Source of the DNA: Candidatus Poribacteria bacterium
GTDB taxonomy: Bacteria; Poribacteria; WGA-4E; PCPOR2b
DNA length: 64,000 nucleotides
Direction of reading: 5' to 3'
NCBI GenBank assembly: GCA_965116925.1
Contig: OZ220744.1
Location: 2,144,001-2,208,000 of the forward strand
Shown: positions 63,471-64,000 of the stretch, piece by piece
Layout: each line of letters begins with the position of its first letter
Position numbering within the stretch: position 1 is the stretch's first letter
The notes under the pieces: generated by a model
What the model was told of the DNA's origin: nothing
Databases searched by the model: none
What the model saw: the letters and a program-made list of their open reading frames with translations, nothing else
Made by a program: the position numbers and the translations under genes

Positions 63471-64000
63471 GTCAATTAATCCCACTTGAACAAATTGTAC
63501 CCAGCAAGGTCTGTTTTTCATGCGATGTTTGCTGCCGATTCCTCGACCAAGACAGCTTCCTCGCCCCTATCTTCACCCAAGCTGAAATGAAAAACGCGAT
63601 CGCGAACGGGGTGAACTCGAATCTCTTTCGTCCTACGGTAGATGGGAAAAGCGTGCAGGTTAAATTGATAGCGGATGGGAATATGTACATCTGTCCCTGC
63701 TTTAATCCTGAAACGAGTGAGTGCACAATCTACCCGATGCGTCCGCTGGACTGCCAGATCTATCCTTTCGCCCTAATGTACAATCAGGACCAAACGCAGG
63801 TTGTCTTGGGCGTTGACATGATCTGTCCTTATGGTGAGTCGGAGATCCAGACGGAACCGTTCCAGTGCTATATCGACTACATGGCGGACTATCTGGAATC
63901 GAATCCAGTTGTTGAAACTGTAGCTGCAAATTGGCAGATCATTGGACCCTATCAGGACACAGTGGTAATTGTCCGCACTTTGGAGAAGTTGACATTAGCC
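63467..64000 (+). CDS. YkgJ/FliB-like cysteine-cluster protein, partial (runs off the window; absent from the ORF track)
   Basis: Translated by hand: MSQLIPLEQIVPSKVCFSCDVCCRF...YICPCFNPETSECTIYPMRPLDCQIYPF; its ATG overlaps the M23 stop (ATGA). Confidence 0.8.
   Translation, partial: MSQLIPLEQIVPSKVCFSCDVCCRFLDQDSFLAPIFTQAEMKNAIANGVNSNLFRPTVDGKSVQVKLIADGNMYICPCFNPETSECTIYPMRPLDCQIYPFALMYNQDQTQVVLGVDMICPYGESEIQTEPFQCYIDYMADYLESNPVVETVAANWQIIGPYQDTVVIVRTLEKLTLA

Overview
Bacterial chromosomal window (about 50% GC by eye) with roughly 55 CDSs. The gene content (five Gfo/Idh/MocA oxidoreductases, two phytanoyl-CoA dioxygenases, two creatininases, a membrane-anchored DUF4159 protein, an ankyrin protein) resembles Candidatus Poribacteria; this is inference only. 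Housekeeping genes: rpsU, groES-groEL, tRNA-Gly/Cys/Val, thrS, a cysteine desulfurase, map, argC, alr, rph-rdgB, pspA. Mobile and defence content: a complete ISAs1-family element (17-bp TIRs, 10-bp TSD), a KpnI-like HNH restriction-modification pair, an in-frame internally deleted MmeI-like gene, a decayed VapBC-like module, and several families of MITEs and GTAG-REP-like palindromes, often nested. The most notable observation is a UvrD/PcrA helicase carrying an apparently inactive RecJ-like DHH domain into which an intact DEDDh 3'-5' exonuclease is nested. Three sigma54 promoters (groESL, DUF4159 gene, pspA) are visible, two with candidate enhancer sites. All family assignments come from motif recognition by eye; no database searches were run.
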